Assembly: GCA_963805085.1 (NCBI GenBank)
Contig: CAWDTA010000005.1
Coordinates: forward strand, 480,001 to 544,000
Reading direction: 5' to 3'
Source: an uncultured Veillonellaceae bacterium
Lineage (GTDB): Bacteria > Bacillota > Negativicutes > JARBTT01
DNA length: 64,000 nt
Under the pieces are notes generated by a model. It worked only from the letters and a program-made list of their open reading frames with translations, was not told where the DNA came from and did not search any database. Below, piece by piece: positions 1 through 10,229 of this stretch (position 1 is its first letter; every line of letters begins with the position of its first letter). Both the position numbers and the translations under genes were made by a program.

Positions 1-2
1 AT

Positions 3-542
3 GAATTTTTAGATACACTTTTCTCCATGGGACTTGGTTGGGCAATTAATAGTGCGATGATTTTGGTCGCAGCTACTGTATTTTTTACAAATCAGGTGCC
101 CGTTGACGAATTAGAGCAAGCACAAGAAATGTTAAAACCTTTGCTCGGTGATGGGGCAGCTTTGATTTTTGCAGTTGCATTACTTTTTTCAGGGATTGCT
201 TCAACAACAACGGCCGGAATGGCAGGGGGAAGCATTTATGCTGGGCTATTTAAAGAAGCTTATAATATTAAGGATCATCATTCGTGGCATGGTGTCGCGA
301 TTACCTATGGTTTAGCGGTAGTTATTTTATTTTTTATTGAAAACCCGTTTAAAGGCTTGGTTTACTCGCAGATTGCGCTAAGTATACAATTGCCTTGGAC
401 GATTGCACTCCAAATTTATCTCACCTCTTCAGAAAAAATTATGGGCAAATACGCCAATACGATTTTTCAACGATTTCTTTTATATAGTATTGGTATCATT
501 GTAGCAGTGTTAAATGTTATGTTATTAGTAGAACTTTTATAA
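3..542 (+). CDS. mntH: Nramp-family divalent metal transporter, C-terminal part (5' end outside window)
   Basis: Frame is open from the window edge (EFLDTLFS-MGLGWAINSAMILVAA). ALLFSGIASTTTAGMAG and SQIALSIQLP match Nramp TM motifs. Confidence 0.8.
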   Translation, partial: EFLDTLFSMGLGWAINSAMILVAATVFFTNQVPVDELEQAQEMLKPLLGDGAALIFAVALLFSGIASTTTAGMAGGSIYAGLFKEAYNIKDHHSWHGVAITYGLAVVILFFIENPFKGLVYSQIALSIQLPWTIALQIYLTSSEKIMGKYANTIFQRFLLYSIGIIVAVLNVMLLVELL

Positions 543-695
543 ATCAATTCATATTTTTGTAATAGTGAGATGATAGAATTCTGGAATTTATTGTTTGACT
601 TTTTCGAGTAATTATTATATCTTTAACTAAATGGATAGTAATACTTTATTAGTCTTTGTTTTCCATAAAACAGTTTCAAATGAAAAGGAGCGATT

Positions 696-1238
696 GTGAT
701 GGAATTAAAAGGAACGAAAACAGAAGCAAATTTACAGGCAGCCTTTGCTGGGGAATCTCAGGCACGGAATAAATATACCTATTATGCTTCGAAAGCAAAA
801 GCAGAAGGGTACGTTCAAATTTCAAATTTCTTTAATGAAACTGCTAATAATGAAAAAGAACATGCAAAGATTTGGTTTAAATTGCTACATAATGGTACAG
901 TACCAACGACCATAGAAAATTTAAAAGACGGTGTAGCGGGCGAACATTATGAGTGGACAGAAATGTATGCTTCTTTTGCAAAAGTTGCAAAAGAAGAGGG
1001 ATTTTCTAAGATCGCTTACCTCTTTGAAGCTGTTGCGAAAATTGAAAAAGAACATGAGGAAAGATATCTTAAATTACTTGCAAATGTTGAAAACAAGCAG
1101 GTATTTGAAAAGACAGAGATTGTTGTATGGCAATGTGAAAATTGTGGACATATTCATATCGGGTTAAAAGCGCCGAATACTTGCCCTGTATGTGATCATC
1201 CGCAAGCATTTTTCCAAATTGTTGCGAAGAATTACTAA
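696..1238 (+). CDS. rbr: Rubrerythrin
   Basis: [21 protein letters not shown] and EKEHEERY diiron motifs, C-terminal CxxC...CPVC rubredoxin domain, RBS AAGGAG. Confidence 0.95.
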   Translation: MMELKGTKTEANLQAAFAGESQARNKYTYYASKAKAEGYVQISNFFNETANNEKEHAKIWFKLLHNGTVPTTIENLKDGVAGEHYEWTEMYASFAKVAKEEGFSKIAYLFEAVAKIEKEHEERYLKLLANVENKQVFEKTEIVVWQCENCGHIHIGLKAPNTCPVCDHPQAFFQIVAKNY

Positions 1239-1305
1239 TAAATAATGTGATGAGAAGATACAAATAGTATTGTTTAATTTTTGTACAATTCTATGAATTA
1301 TTGAT

Positions 1306-1355
1306 AAATAAAGTTTCTATTAAGTTATGTAATTAATTTGATAGAAACTTTATTT
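1306..1355 (+). terminator. Intrinsic terminator after rbr
   Basis: Inverted repeat aaataaagtttctat...atagaaactttattt followed by a T run. Confidence 0.7.
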
Positions 1356-1504
1356 TTATTTAATCAAACTAATTTCTAATAATTGTTGCGTATACTTTGT
1401 TTATAGAAACAAAGGGGGCAAGGAATAAAGATTAACTGAAGATGAACATGCTGAAATAATCAGATTTTTACAGATAAATACATAGATAGTAGGAGAAATG
1501 TTTT

Positions 1505-1852
1505 ATGAAAAATATAGGTAAGAAAATCATAATAGGTACAATGATTGGTGTAATGCAAGCTGGGTTTAGTGTGGCGGTGATCGAGGCTTCTCCGTTCCAT
1601 AATAGCCATACAGTTGTCCAGTATGATGATAATCAAGATCCAGAAGGCCCACCACCACGTGATCAACAAGCTGATCATGATGAACGATTACATAGAGAAA
1701 ATGAACGACACGAACGTGAAATGAGAAGACATGATCATGAGAACGAGCGGGAATGGCATGAAAGACAAGAAAGAGAAAGACAACAACATGAAAATAATCT
1801 CCGTGAAATTGAGGCTCTTGTGATAGGGATTATCATTGGTTCAAGTAACTGA
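1505..1852 (+). CDS. Secreted His/Glu/Arg-rich hypothetical protein
   Basis: Signal-peptide-like N-terminus (MKNIGKK...VIEA-SP), low-complexity ENERHERE repeats, RBS AGGAGA. Confidence 0.75.
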   Translation: MKNIGKKIIIGTMIGVMQAGFSVAVIEASPFHNSHTVVQYDDNQDPEGPPPRDQQADHDERLHRENERHEREMRRHDHENEREWHERQERERQQHENNLREIEALVIGIIIGSSN

Positions 1853-1894
1853 GTGGTTCCCCCATATAGGATAAAAGGATAAAGTAAGAAATAT

Positions 1895-1935
1895 AGTCGA
1901 TACCAGATACAATGTGTATTTGGTATCGATTTTTA
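1895..1935 (+). terminator. Intrinsic terminator
   Basis: gtcgataccagatac...gtatttggtatcgat followed by a T tract. Confidence 0.65.
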
Positions 1936-2081
1936 TTTTCTCAAAAATATAAGTAGAGTACTTGGCATACTTTATTTTAAAAATTTATTAAAAACCAATC
2001 CAATTTGTGGTAAACTAATAGATGAGTTGGTCAGTAATTTTGAGTAATTACTAAAATTCAAAAGAGGAGAGCGACTAATAG

Positions 2082-2288
2082 ATGATTGAAAAATTTTATG
2101 GAAAATTAGATACTGATAGAAATTTGCAGGCGTATCTGATGAAAGAAATGGAAAGCGCTAGAGACGAAGAAGAGAAAAAGGTTACAATTATAGCCTGTGC
2201 AAAAGAAGCAGGCGTTGACGTACAGGTTGAAGAAATTGACGGTTATGTCAGAGCTGGGAAAGAGCAAATAACACAACACGAATCGTGA
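2082..2288 (+). CDS. Nif11-like leader peptide domain small protein
   Basis: IEKFYGKLDTDRNLQ...IIACAKEAGVDVQVEEI resembles the Nif11 consensus (F..kl..D..Lq......v.iAkeaGf.ft.eel). RBS GAGGAG. Confidence 0.6.
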   Translation: MIEKFYGKLDTDRNLQAYLMKEMESARDEEEKKVTIIACAKEAGVDVQVEEIDGYVRAGKEQITQHES

Positions 2289-2334
2289 TTTCTGGATTAG
2301 TGTCACGTGCTTATAACGAAATCATGTGCATAAA

Positions 2335-2372
2335 AAATGAACTGGTCAGCAGAAATGTTAGTCAGTTCATTT
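2335..2372 (+). repeat. Hairpin repeat family 2 (ctgactagca...tgttagtcag), degenerate copy; terminator
   Basis: aaatgaactggtcagca-gaaa-tgttagtcagttcattt shares its arm with the copies at 2992 and 4636. Confidence 0.65.
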
Positions 2373-2537
2373 CTATATTTACCACCTCAAAAATAAGACT
2401 TTTAATGTGAGCCTGTTTTAGGCAATATAGAGCCGCACCTTAAATTAAGTGAATTATTTTATTTTACTCATCCATACTAAAGCTATAGCATTTATTACTT
2501 ATGAGTGAATGTTATCTATAGTATTTAAAGGAGTGGT

Positions 2538-2951
2538 TTGATGAGTCAAGTAGATAATAAAGCAGAAGTTAATGTTTTGGTAAAAGAAAAATTAATGCCA
2601 ATGCGCGATAGGGTGCTGGATGCATTCGAGAAGAAACATCCACATATCTTTTCGGTAATAGACCCTATGTTAGCCAATAAAAAAAATAAATTCGGCATGC
2701 AAGTTATGGAAAATAGTCAAGTGGTAGGGGAATATATTCTTTATTTGAGTGGACTAAGGGTAACGGATGTTGAAACAGGTAAGTTGGATTCAGAAATCAA
2801 TCATCCGTTTATGGGCATTATTAAACCTTATGCAAGTGTAGAAAGAAAAACGCTGGAAAAGATTATCTCAGAGGAAGAAGACTTGAAAAATGATTTATTT
2901 CCCACTATTGTGCGACATTTACCGGGGGTTACGATAAAATTTTTGCCTTAA
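2538..2951 (+). CDS. Hypothetical protein (start probably ATG 2541)
   Basis: 137 aa ORF with RBS AAGGAG. No family recognised. Confidence 0.7.
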   Translation: MMSQVDNKAEVNVLVKEKLMPMRDRVLDAFEKKHPHIFSVIDPMLANKKNKFGMQVMENSQVVGEYILYLSGLRVTDVETGKLDSEINHPFMGIIKPYASVERKTLEKIISEEEDLKNDLFPTIVRHLPGVTIKFLP

Positions 2952-2991
2952 TCGTAGAAATGAGGCAAGGAATCGCTTAGCTTTAAAAGAT

Positions 2992-3028
2992 AAAAGCTGA
3001 CTAGCAAAATGATGTTAGTCAGCTTTTT
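2992..3028 (+). repeat. Hairpin repeat family 2; terminator
   Basis: aaaagctgactagca-aaatga-tgttagtcagctttt. Confidence 0.8.
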
Positions 3029-3199
3029 GGCATCATAAATGTATCTTAGGATATTCCACTAATTTTTTTGCAAAGTGGTTGTTTTGGTTGATAAATATTG
3101 ACAAATATTATATAATCAAATGGTTTGAGCAAAATGGGAGCTAAGATAGGTTACAATACTCAAATGATAGAAAATTTTTTTTTAACTAGGAGTGCCTTT

Positions 3200-4558
3200 A
3201 TGGATAAAAAACTGACATTATCATCGTATGTATTGATTGGCTCAATGTTATTTGGGTTGTTTTTTGGTGCTGGGAATTTAATTTTTCCTGTGCACATGGG
3301 ACAAGAAGCTGGTAGCAATGTCATGGTTGCTACGATTGGATTTCTTATTACGGGGATTGGTTTGCCTTTTTTAGGGGTTGTGGCGATTGGTGCTTCTAAA
3401 AGTGACGGCTTATTTGGTTTAGCTAGTCGCATTCATCCTTTGTATGCCTATGGGATGACGGTTTTATTGTATCTCACAATTGGCCCCTTTTTTGCATTGC
3501 CTAGAACAGGAACAGTTTCTTATGAAATTGGTTTAGCTCCATATATCGCTAAAGAATATCAAACGTTAGGATTGGCTGGTTTTACGATTTTATTTTTTCT
3601 GGTCGCACTTATTTTTTCCTTAAAGCCCAGTAAAATTTTAACTTGGATTGGCAAAGTTCTAAATCCGTTGTTTTTATTATTTTTAGCTTTTTTAGTTGTT
3701 ATCAGCTTTTTAAGCCCAATGGGGGCTACTTCAGGTGCTGAGATCCATGGTGCTTATATAGCCGAACCATTTTTCAAGGGCTTCACTGAAGGCTATAATA
3801 CAATGGATGCATTGGCTTCACTTGCTTTTGGTATTATTGTCGTTCAGACACTTAGAGATTTGGGGGTGCAAAGTCCCAGAAATATTGCAATTGGTACGGT
3901 GAAAGCTGGGGTTGTAAGTGTTCTTTTAATGGGCTTGATTTATAGCTGTCTAGCTTATATCGGGGCGACTAGCGTTGCGAAATATGGGGTATCGGCAAAT
4001 GGTGGGATTGCTTTAGCGCAAATTGCCGATTATTATTTTGGCTCAGCTGGTAGTATTTTATTAGCGATCATTGTGACACTTGCTTGCTTAAAAACAGCGA
4101 TTGGTCTAATCACCGCTTGTTCGGAGACTTTTCAAACATTATTTCCTAAAACACTTAGTTATAAAGGGTATGTATATTTATTTACCTTAGTTTCGTGTTT
4201 GATTGGAAATGTCGGTTTGACACAGATTATTTCCTTATCCATTCCTGTTTTAATGTTTTTATATCCACTGGCAATCACCTTAATCATATTGGCATTCTTA
4301 TCGCCACTTTTTAAGCATCGTCAGATTGTTTATATACTGACCACAGTTTGTACCTTATTTGCTAGTGTGGCAGATGCTTTTAATGCGATGCCAGATAGTA
4401 TTAAAAGCCAATCCTTTGTTCAAGACTTTTTGGCATTGTCCTACAATCTTTTACCATTTTTTGATCTCGGGATGGGTTGGGTGATCCCAATGGTGATCGG
4501 TTTATCGTTGGGGTGGTTAATCGGAATTACGCAAAGAGATTCAGCTAGATCAATGTAA
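3200..4558 (+). CDS. brnQ: Branched-chain amino acid:cation symporter (LIVCS)
   Basis: GSMLFGLFFGAGNLIFP, GYNTMDALASLAFG and LACLKTAIGL motifs. ATG at 3200 follows AGGAG. Confidence 0.93.
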   Translation: MDKKLTLSSYVLIGSMLFGLFFGAGNLIFPVHMGQEAGSNVMVATIGFLITGIGLPFLGVVAIGASKSDGLFGLASRIHPLYAYGMTVLLYLTIGPFFALPRTGTVSYEIGLAPYIAKEYQTLGLAGFTILFFLVALIFSLKPSKILTWIGKVLNPLFLLFLAFLVVISFLSPMGATSGAEIHGAYIAEPFFKGFTEGYNTMDALASLAFGIIVVQTLRDLGVQSPRNIAIGTVKAGVVSVLLMGLIYSCLAYIGATSVAKYGVSANGGIALAQIADYYFGSAGSILLAIIVTLACLKTAIGLITACSETFQTLFPKTLSYKGYVYLFTLVSCLIGNVGLTQIISLSIPVLMFLYPLAITLIILAFLSPLFKHRQIVYILTTVCTLFASVADAFNAMPDSIKSQSFVQDFLALSYNLLPFFDLGMGWVIPMVIGLSLGWLIGITQRDSARSM

Positions 4559-4635
4559 AACCTAGCTATATGACAGAAAATCACTAGATGAACGTTTTAG
4601 CAGACATTCTTATCGCAGAATATATAGAGAATTAA

Positions 4636-4674
4636 TAAAAAGCTGACTAGCAAAAAATGTTAGTCAGCTTTTTA
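4636..4674. repeat. Hairpin repeat family 2; bidirectional terminator between brnQ and araC
   Basis: taaaaagctgactagca-aaaaa-tgttagtcagcttttta, near-identical to 2992-3028. Confidence 0.8.
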
Positions 4675-4789
4675 TCGGTTTTAAATTTTTGTGCGTTAAT
4701 GTAAATTTAAAATAAATAAGTAGTTGAGTCATTTATTAAAATAATTACGATCTAAAGGAAAGATCCATTTCAAAAAATAAATGTTTAAA

Positions 4790-5686
4790 CTAAATTGGAA
4801 TTTTTACATGCTGCAAATTTCGATATTCAGATGGCGTAAGTTTTAGCCGCTTTTTAAATTGCTTAGAAAAATATGCATTATCTTCAAAACCAACAGTTGC
4901 AGCGATTTTATTTATAGAATCATTGGTGTTAGTGAGAAGCTGTTTTGCTTTGTTCAGACGAATATCTAATAAAAGTTGGAGTGGTGTTATTCCGTATTTG
5001 CGCTTTACGCAACGAATAATATAGGCGGGATGGAAAGAATATTTTTTTGCGATTTTATTTAATTGGAAAGGTTCTTGATAATGAGTTGTCAGGTATTCAA
5101 AAATTTTTTCGGCTATATCATGAGGGATGATTTCTTCGTGAGAATCACAAATAAAGGTCAAGATTGTATAGAAAAGTTGTTGATACTTAATTTCTGATAT
5201 AGTTGAATTATAAAAGATTTTTGCATTTTGATGTCGATCAATTTTCACTTGGGAAAGTGTCTTCATATAGTCTAAAAATTGATTTTGAAACTCTTTGTTT
5301 ACAGAACCATATTGAGGAAGAACAATGTGAAAATCATCGATCTCGTAATATTTACCATGGCAGTGTTCTTTGTTGTCATAATAAGCAGGGGTATTTGCGA
5401 GATAAAAATCTCCTGTGGAATAAAAATGAATCCAGTAAAAATTGGTATCCATATCACAATGTTTATAACCTTTATGCATTGTTTTTGGAGGTAATACCAA
5501 AAATTGCCCAGGGGATACAGTAAAACGTACTTTATTTTCTTCCATATGCAACTGTCCACTGACGACATAAAGTAAATCAAAAGTGTGGTCAAGGGTACGT
5601 CGTGAATGAGTATCGCCTTCTCTGAACATTGCAATTCCTCCAACAATTAAGTGAGGGAGTGGTGGACAATTAAAAATAATATACAT
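4790..5686 (-). CDS. AraC-family transcriptional regulator
   Basis: N-terminal cupin-like domain and C-terminal IAATVGFEDNAYFSKQFKK...TPSEYR. Divergent from the transporter/GH127 genes. Confidence 0.92.
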   Translation of the reverse strand: MYIIFNCPPLPHLIVGGIAMFREGDTHSRRTLDHTFDLLYVVSGQLHMEENKVRFTVSPGQFLVLPPKTMHKGYKHCDMDTNFYWIHFYSTGDFYLANTPAYYDNKEHCHGKYYEIDDFHIVLPQYGSVNKEFQNQFLDYMKTLSQVKIDRHQNAKIFYNSTISEIKYQQLFYTILTFICDSHEEIIPHDIAEKIFEYLTTHYQEPFQLNKIAKKYSFHPAYIIRCVKRKYGITPLQLLLDIRLNKAKQLLTNTNDSINKIAATVGFEDNAYFSKQFKKRLKLTPSEYRNLQHVKIPI

Positions 5687-6007
5687 TTTGCCAGCTCCTA
5701 ATAGTTAATTTTATTATATAAATAAAATGCATATAAAGGGTTTATAATCAATGATTTTTAATATTTTAAATATTTAGACTAATTAATTATTTTAGAATAT
5801 AAAGGATTAAGTATCAATTTTATTATATCACTAATGTTAATATAATTATATGATGTGAAAATATTTTCCATTTTTGTTTGATAATTTGTATTATACAATT
5901 TAATTATTGTATAACATAAATGCAATTGGGCTTCTTTAGGCAATAATTTTCTGGTTTTATAAACTAATTTAATTCGGATTCTAATTGGGAGAGGGAGAGA
6001 ATATCAC

Positions 6008-7378
6008 ATGAATGAAAAAAATAATTTATCAAACAAAGTTTCTTTAGGTGGTAGACTTAGTTATTCATTAACCGATGCTAGCGGCAATTTATTGTATTGC
6101 ATTATTGGAGCTTACTTGTTGTACTTTTTGACTGACGTATATGGATTATCAGTTGGTGTAACTGGAACACTTCTTTTGGCGACTAGGCTGCTTGATGCAA
6201 TAGATGCGCCAGTTTGGGGAATTATTGTTGATCATACGAAATCGAGGTATGGTCAAAGTCGTCCATATTTTTTGTGGTTATGCATACCATTCGCTTTATT
6301 TATGTGGATGACATTTACAACGCCAGGGCTTGATGGAGCAGCAAAAGTAATCTATGTAGTTGTTGTTTATATTTTGGCAGGTATTTTTTATACGGGGATA
6401 CAAACAGCAATTACTTCTGTTTTGCCAAATTTGACGAATAATCCAGGCGAACGAGTTGTATTGAACACGTTTCGTATGGTAGGAGGCAATGCAGGCGCTT
6501 TTGTCGCTACTACGTTTACTTTGCCACTGGTTGCTTTTTTTGGCGGAGGGAATGATCAACAAGGTTTTTCGATGGCTTTGGCGGTATATGCAATTGTTGC
6601 AGTTATTTTATTTTTGATTGCTTTTACAAATTTAAGAGAAATCAATATTGAAAAGATAAAGAAAATTCCGATTAAACAGAGCGTCATGGCAATCAAAGGA
6701 AACTGGCCGTGGATTATCATTGTAACTGCTAATCTGATTTTTTGGGTTGCACTAACGATTAGGCAATCGACATTAATTTATTATCTACAGTATTATATTG
6801 GTGATAAAAGTCTCGTTCCGTTTATCAATGGGCTGACTGTTCTCCAGATTATTGGCATGATTTCTATACCTTTATTGGTGAAATTTTCAAGCAAATACGC
6901 CACGATGATTATCGGATTGATTCTTGCTGCAGTTGGTCATCTTATTATGTTTTTCGCAGGTGCTACAGTATCAGCTCTCGCTATCGGTTGGATCATCGCT
7001 TCGATAGGATCTGGAATTGCTTGTTCTATGCCATTTGCTATGCTGTCAGATACGGTTGATTATGGGGAGTGGAAAAATGGAATTCGTGCTAGTGGGTTTT
7101 TGACGGCAATTGGCAGTGCTTTTTGCATTAAAGCCGGTTCTGGTATTGGAGGTTTTATTCCAGCAATGGTTATGGATTATTTTGGTTATGTGCCGAATGC
7201 TGTACAATCAGCGAATTCTTTACTTGGCATACAACTGATTTTTATTTGGATACCGATGGTTATTTTTCTGTTAGGTATCTTTCCTATGCTTTTTTATCGT
7301 AAGTTCGAGCAAAATGAAGGCCAAATTATTATGGAAATTGAACAAAAATCACTGCCGACGAATGGTTTTAACTGTTAG
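6008..7378 (+). CDS. GPH-family (glycoside-pentoside-hexuronide) MFS symporter
   Basis: RLLDAIDAPVWGIIVDHTKSRYGQSRPY and DTVDYGEWKNGIR motifs, about 12 TM segments. Confidence 0.92.
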   Translation: MNEKNNLSNKVSLGGRLSYSLTDASGNLLYCIIGAYLLYFLTDVYGLSVGVTGTLLLATRLLDAIDAPVWGIIVDHTKSRYGQSRPYFLWLCIPFALFMWMTFTTPGLDGAAKVIYVVVVYILAGIFYTGIQTAITSVLPNLTNNPGERVVLNTFRMVGGNAGAFVATTFTLPLVAFFGGGNDQQGFSMALAVYAIVAVILFLIAFTNLREINIEKIKKIPIKQSVMAIKGNWPWIIIVTANLIFWVALTIRQSTLIYYLQYYIGDKSLVPFINGLTVLQIIGMISIPLLVKFSSKYATMIIGLILAAVGHLIMFFAGATVSALAIGWIIASIGSGIACSMPFAMLSDTVDYGEWKNGIRASGFLTAIGSAFCIKAGSGIGGFIPAMVMDYFGYVPNAVQSANSLLGIQLIFIWIPMVIFLLGIFPMLFYRKFEQNEGQIIMEIEQKSLPTNGFNC

Positions 7379-7387
7379 TAATATATA

Positions 7388-9382
7388 ATGATAAAAAGGG
7401 TGAGTAAGATGAATGAACTTAATTTAGATAATGTAAAAATAACAGATCCATATTGGATTCATTACATGGAATTGATTCGTACAAAAATGATTCCTTATCA
7501 ATGGGATGTATTAAATGATAAGGCTGATATTGTTATTGAAAAAGAAAGAGATGCTGACCATATTCCCTCAGAAAAAAGCCATGCAATTGAAAATTTTAAA
7601 ATTGCTGCTGGTTTGACGGTAGGACACCACTACGGCATGGTTTTTCAGGATAGTGATGTCTATAAGTGGCTGGAAGCAGTCGCTTATTCGCTGCACCAGA
7701 CGTATGATGAAAATTTAAAAGAGCTGGCTGATGGTGTAATCGACCTTTTGGCACAGGCACAAGAAAAGGACGGTTATCTTAACTCGTATTTTACAGCGGA
7801 AGATCCGTCTCGAAAATATAAAAGGTTATATCAAAGTCATGAACTCTATTGTGCCGGGCATTTCATCGAAGCGGCGGTAGCCTATTATACGACGACTGAA
7901 AATCAAAAGGCATTGAATATTGCTTGTAAGCTTGCTGACCATATTGATTCTATCTTTGGTGATGCGCCCCAGAAGCTGAAAGGATATGACGGGCATGAGG
8001 AAATAGAATTAGCCTTGCTCAGATTATATGAAGTTACAGGTAAGAAAACTTATTTGGAACTTAGCCGATTTTTCCTGTATGAACGGGGGAAAGATGCTGG
8101 CTTTTTCAAGCGGCAGGTAGCTGAGGACTCAAATAAGAAACGATTAATAGAAGGTATGGAACAATTCCCTGCCAGTTATTATCAAGTGCACAAGCCGATT
8201 ATAGAACAGGAAACCGCCGAAGGACATGCAGTACGAGTTGTATATATGTGTACAGCAATGGCAAATCTTGCGTATTTGAATAAGGACGTAAAAATGCTGA
8301 CGGCCTGTCGACGTCTGTGGAAAAACATTGTAACAAAACGTATGTATATTACAGGCGCAATTGGTTCGACAGTAATCGGTGAATCTTTTACCGCTAATTA
8401 TGATTTGCCCAATGATACAATGTATGCAGAAACTTGTGCCTCCATAGGACTTATCTTTTTTGCTAGCAATATGCTGAAAAATGAACGTAAAGGGGAATAT
8501 GCAGATGTAATGGAGCGAGCATTATATAATACAGTGTTGAGTGGCATGGCACTAGACGGAAAGCATTTCTTTTATGTAAATCCTTTAGAAGTTGTACCTG
8601 AATACAGTAAAAAAGATCCAGGGAAAAGTCATGTAAAAGTTACTCGTCCGGCTTGGTTTGGTTGTGCATGTTGTCCGCCGAATATTGCCAGAATGGTGAC
8701 CTCGCTCCATCACTATGCGTATACGGTTCATGACAACGAAATTTATACCAACTTATATCTAGCCAATCAGGCAATAATAAAGCTAAATGGGAAAAATATA
8801 AATATTGAGCAGACTACCAACTATCCTTGGGAAGGAAATGTACGTTTTGTAATCCAAACAGAAGAGTCGGCACCTTTTATTTTTAGTCTACGTATTCCGA
8901 ATTGGGCAGAGAGCTATACAATCAAAGTAAATGATGAATTGTATACTGCTGCGCAACAAGATGGTTATGTTCCGATAGAGCGTATATGGGAAAATGGCGA
9001 TGTAGTAACCCTTAATCTGGATATGAGCATTCATGCTTATACAGCCAATCCACAGGTGCGTACTGATTTACATAAAGTAGCAGTGCAGCGTGGTCCTCTG
9101 GTATTTTGTGCGGAAGGCGTCGATAATGGTGCAAATTTGCAGCTTATTCATTTGACCAAAGAAACGAGATTTCAATATGAGTTTGTACCCAAGCAATTCA
9201 ATGGTGTTGGTATTATTAAAGCTAATGCAGAAAAAATGAATATTGAAGAAGAATGGGAAGATAAACTTTACAGAAAAGAAGTTTCAAGTACGTTTACCCC
9301 TATGATTGTTACCTTGATTCCCTATTATTGCTGGGCGAACCGTGGTGAAAATGAAATGCTGGTTTGGTTAAATAAGAAATAA
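7388..9382 (+). CDS. GH127 beta-L-arabinofuranosidase (HypBA1-like); start possibly 7409
   Basis: FQDSDVYKWLEA, HELYCAGH, EGHAVR, YAETCAS and WFGCACCPPN (Zn/Cys nucleophile) motifs. Confidence 0.92.
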   Translation: MIKRVSKMNELNLDNVKITDPYWIHYMELIRTKMIPYQWDVLNDKADIVIEKERDADHIPSEKSHAIENFKIAAGLTVGHHYGMVFQDSDVYKWLEAVAYSLHQTYDENLKELADGVIDLLAQAQEKDGYLNSYFTAEDPSRKYKRLYQSHELYCAGHFIEAAVAYYTTTENQKALNIACKLADHIDSIFGDAPQKLKGYDGHEEIELALLRLYEVTGKKTYLELSRFFLYERGKDAGFFKRQVAEDSNKKRLIEGMEQFPASYYQVHKPIIEQETAEGHAVRVVYMCTAMANLAYLNKDVKMLTACRRLWKNIVTKRMYITGAIGSTVIGESFTANYDLPNDTMYAETCASIGLIFFASNMLKNERKGEYADVMERALYNTVLSGMALDGKHFFYVNPLEVVPEYSKKDPGKSHVKVTRPAWFGCACCPPNIARMVTSLHHYAYTVHDNEIYTNLYLANQAIIKLNGKNINIEQTTNYPWEGNVRFVIQTEESAPFIFSLRIPNWAESYTIKVNDELYTAAQQDGYVPIERIWENGDVVTLNLDMSIHAYTANPQVRTDLHKVAVQRGPLVFCAEGVDNGANLQLIHLTKETRFQYEFVPKQFNGVGIIKANAEKMNIEEEWEDKLYRKEVSSTFTPMIVTLIPYYCWANRGENEMLVWLNKK

Positions 9383-9450
9383 ATGTGTACAGAATATAGA
9401 ATTAACCTTTATGAATACTGACATATAGCTATCAAGCGTTAGTCAGTTCC

Positions 9451-9501
9451 TAATAAAAAGTTCCTGCTAAGTTTGTATTGCTTTAGCAGGAACTTTATTT
9501 T
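9451..9501 (+). repeat. Hairpin repeat family 3; terminator
   Basis: taataaaaagttcctgctaa...ttagcaggaactttatttt, near-copy of 16905-16955. Confidence 0.75.
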
Positions 9502-9626
9502 TAACAAAGAATTGTAAGTTTATAGTATTATTTAACTTGGGGGATGCATTTTAAATGCTGAGTTGTATTTGATAATAGCCTATTTTACTATAAATAAACT
9601 AAATTATAAGGAGCGCGATTACTACT

Positions 9627-10211
9627 ATGACAGAAAAAGAAAAAATGTTAAATGGTAAGCCTTATTTTTCATTTGGTGAAGAACTTGCAAGAGAAAGAAT
9701 GAATGCAAAAGAATTGGTTTTTAACTTCAATAATTTACGACCAAACGAATCTGCAAAGCGGGGTATTATTGTAAAAAAACTTTTTGGAAAAATAGAAAGT
9801 ACATTTACGATTGAAGCTCCGTTCCATTGCGACTATGGCTATAATATTTCAATTGGAGAAAATTTTTATTGCAATTATAATTGTACAATTTTAGATTGTG
9901 CGAGGGTTACAATTGGTAACAATGTCTTCTTTGCACCTAATGTAAGTATTTTTACTGCAGGACACCCTGTATATCATGAATTAAGAAATACTAATATTGA
10001 GTATGCACTTCCGATTACTATAGGTGATAATGTTTGGCTAGGAGGGAATGTTGTCATAAATCCAGGCGTCACTATTGGTGAAAATACTGTGATCGGTTCT
10101 GGGAGTGTAATAACTAAGAGTATCCCAGCAAACGTAGTTGCTGCGGGCAATCCGTGTAAAGTAATTAGAGAAATTACTGAGAAAGACAAAAACTGTTACG
10201 TTAAAGAATAA
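9627..10211 (+). CDS. maa: Sugar (maltose/galactoside) O-acetyltransferase
   Basis: MTEKEKML N-terminus, PFHCDYGYNI, hexapeptide repeats, VVAAGNPCKVIR. Confidence 0.9.
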   Translation: MTEKEKMLNGKPYFSFGEELARERMNAKELVFNFNNLRPNESAKRGIIVKKLFGKIESTFTIEAPFHCDYGYNISIGENFYCNYNCTILDCARVTIGNNVFFAPNVSIFTAGHPVYHELRNTNIEYALPITIGDNVWLGGNVVINPGVTIGENTVIGSGSVITKSIPANVVAAGNPCKVIREITEKDKNCYVKE

Positions 10212-10229
10212 CTGCGGAATAATGTCAGG

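Noticed and set aside
603-652. PerR-like box upstream of rubrerythrin
   Set aside because: Biologically plausible, but the match is too degenerate in AT-rich DNA.
1850-1873. TGAGTGGTTCCCCCATATAGGATA, faintly like an IS3-family end
   Set aside because: No partner inverted repeat or transposase fragment was found.
3161-3176. CodY-like site upstream of brnQ
   Set aside because: About four mismatches to AATTTTCWGAAAATT, not distinguishable from background.
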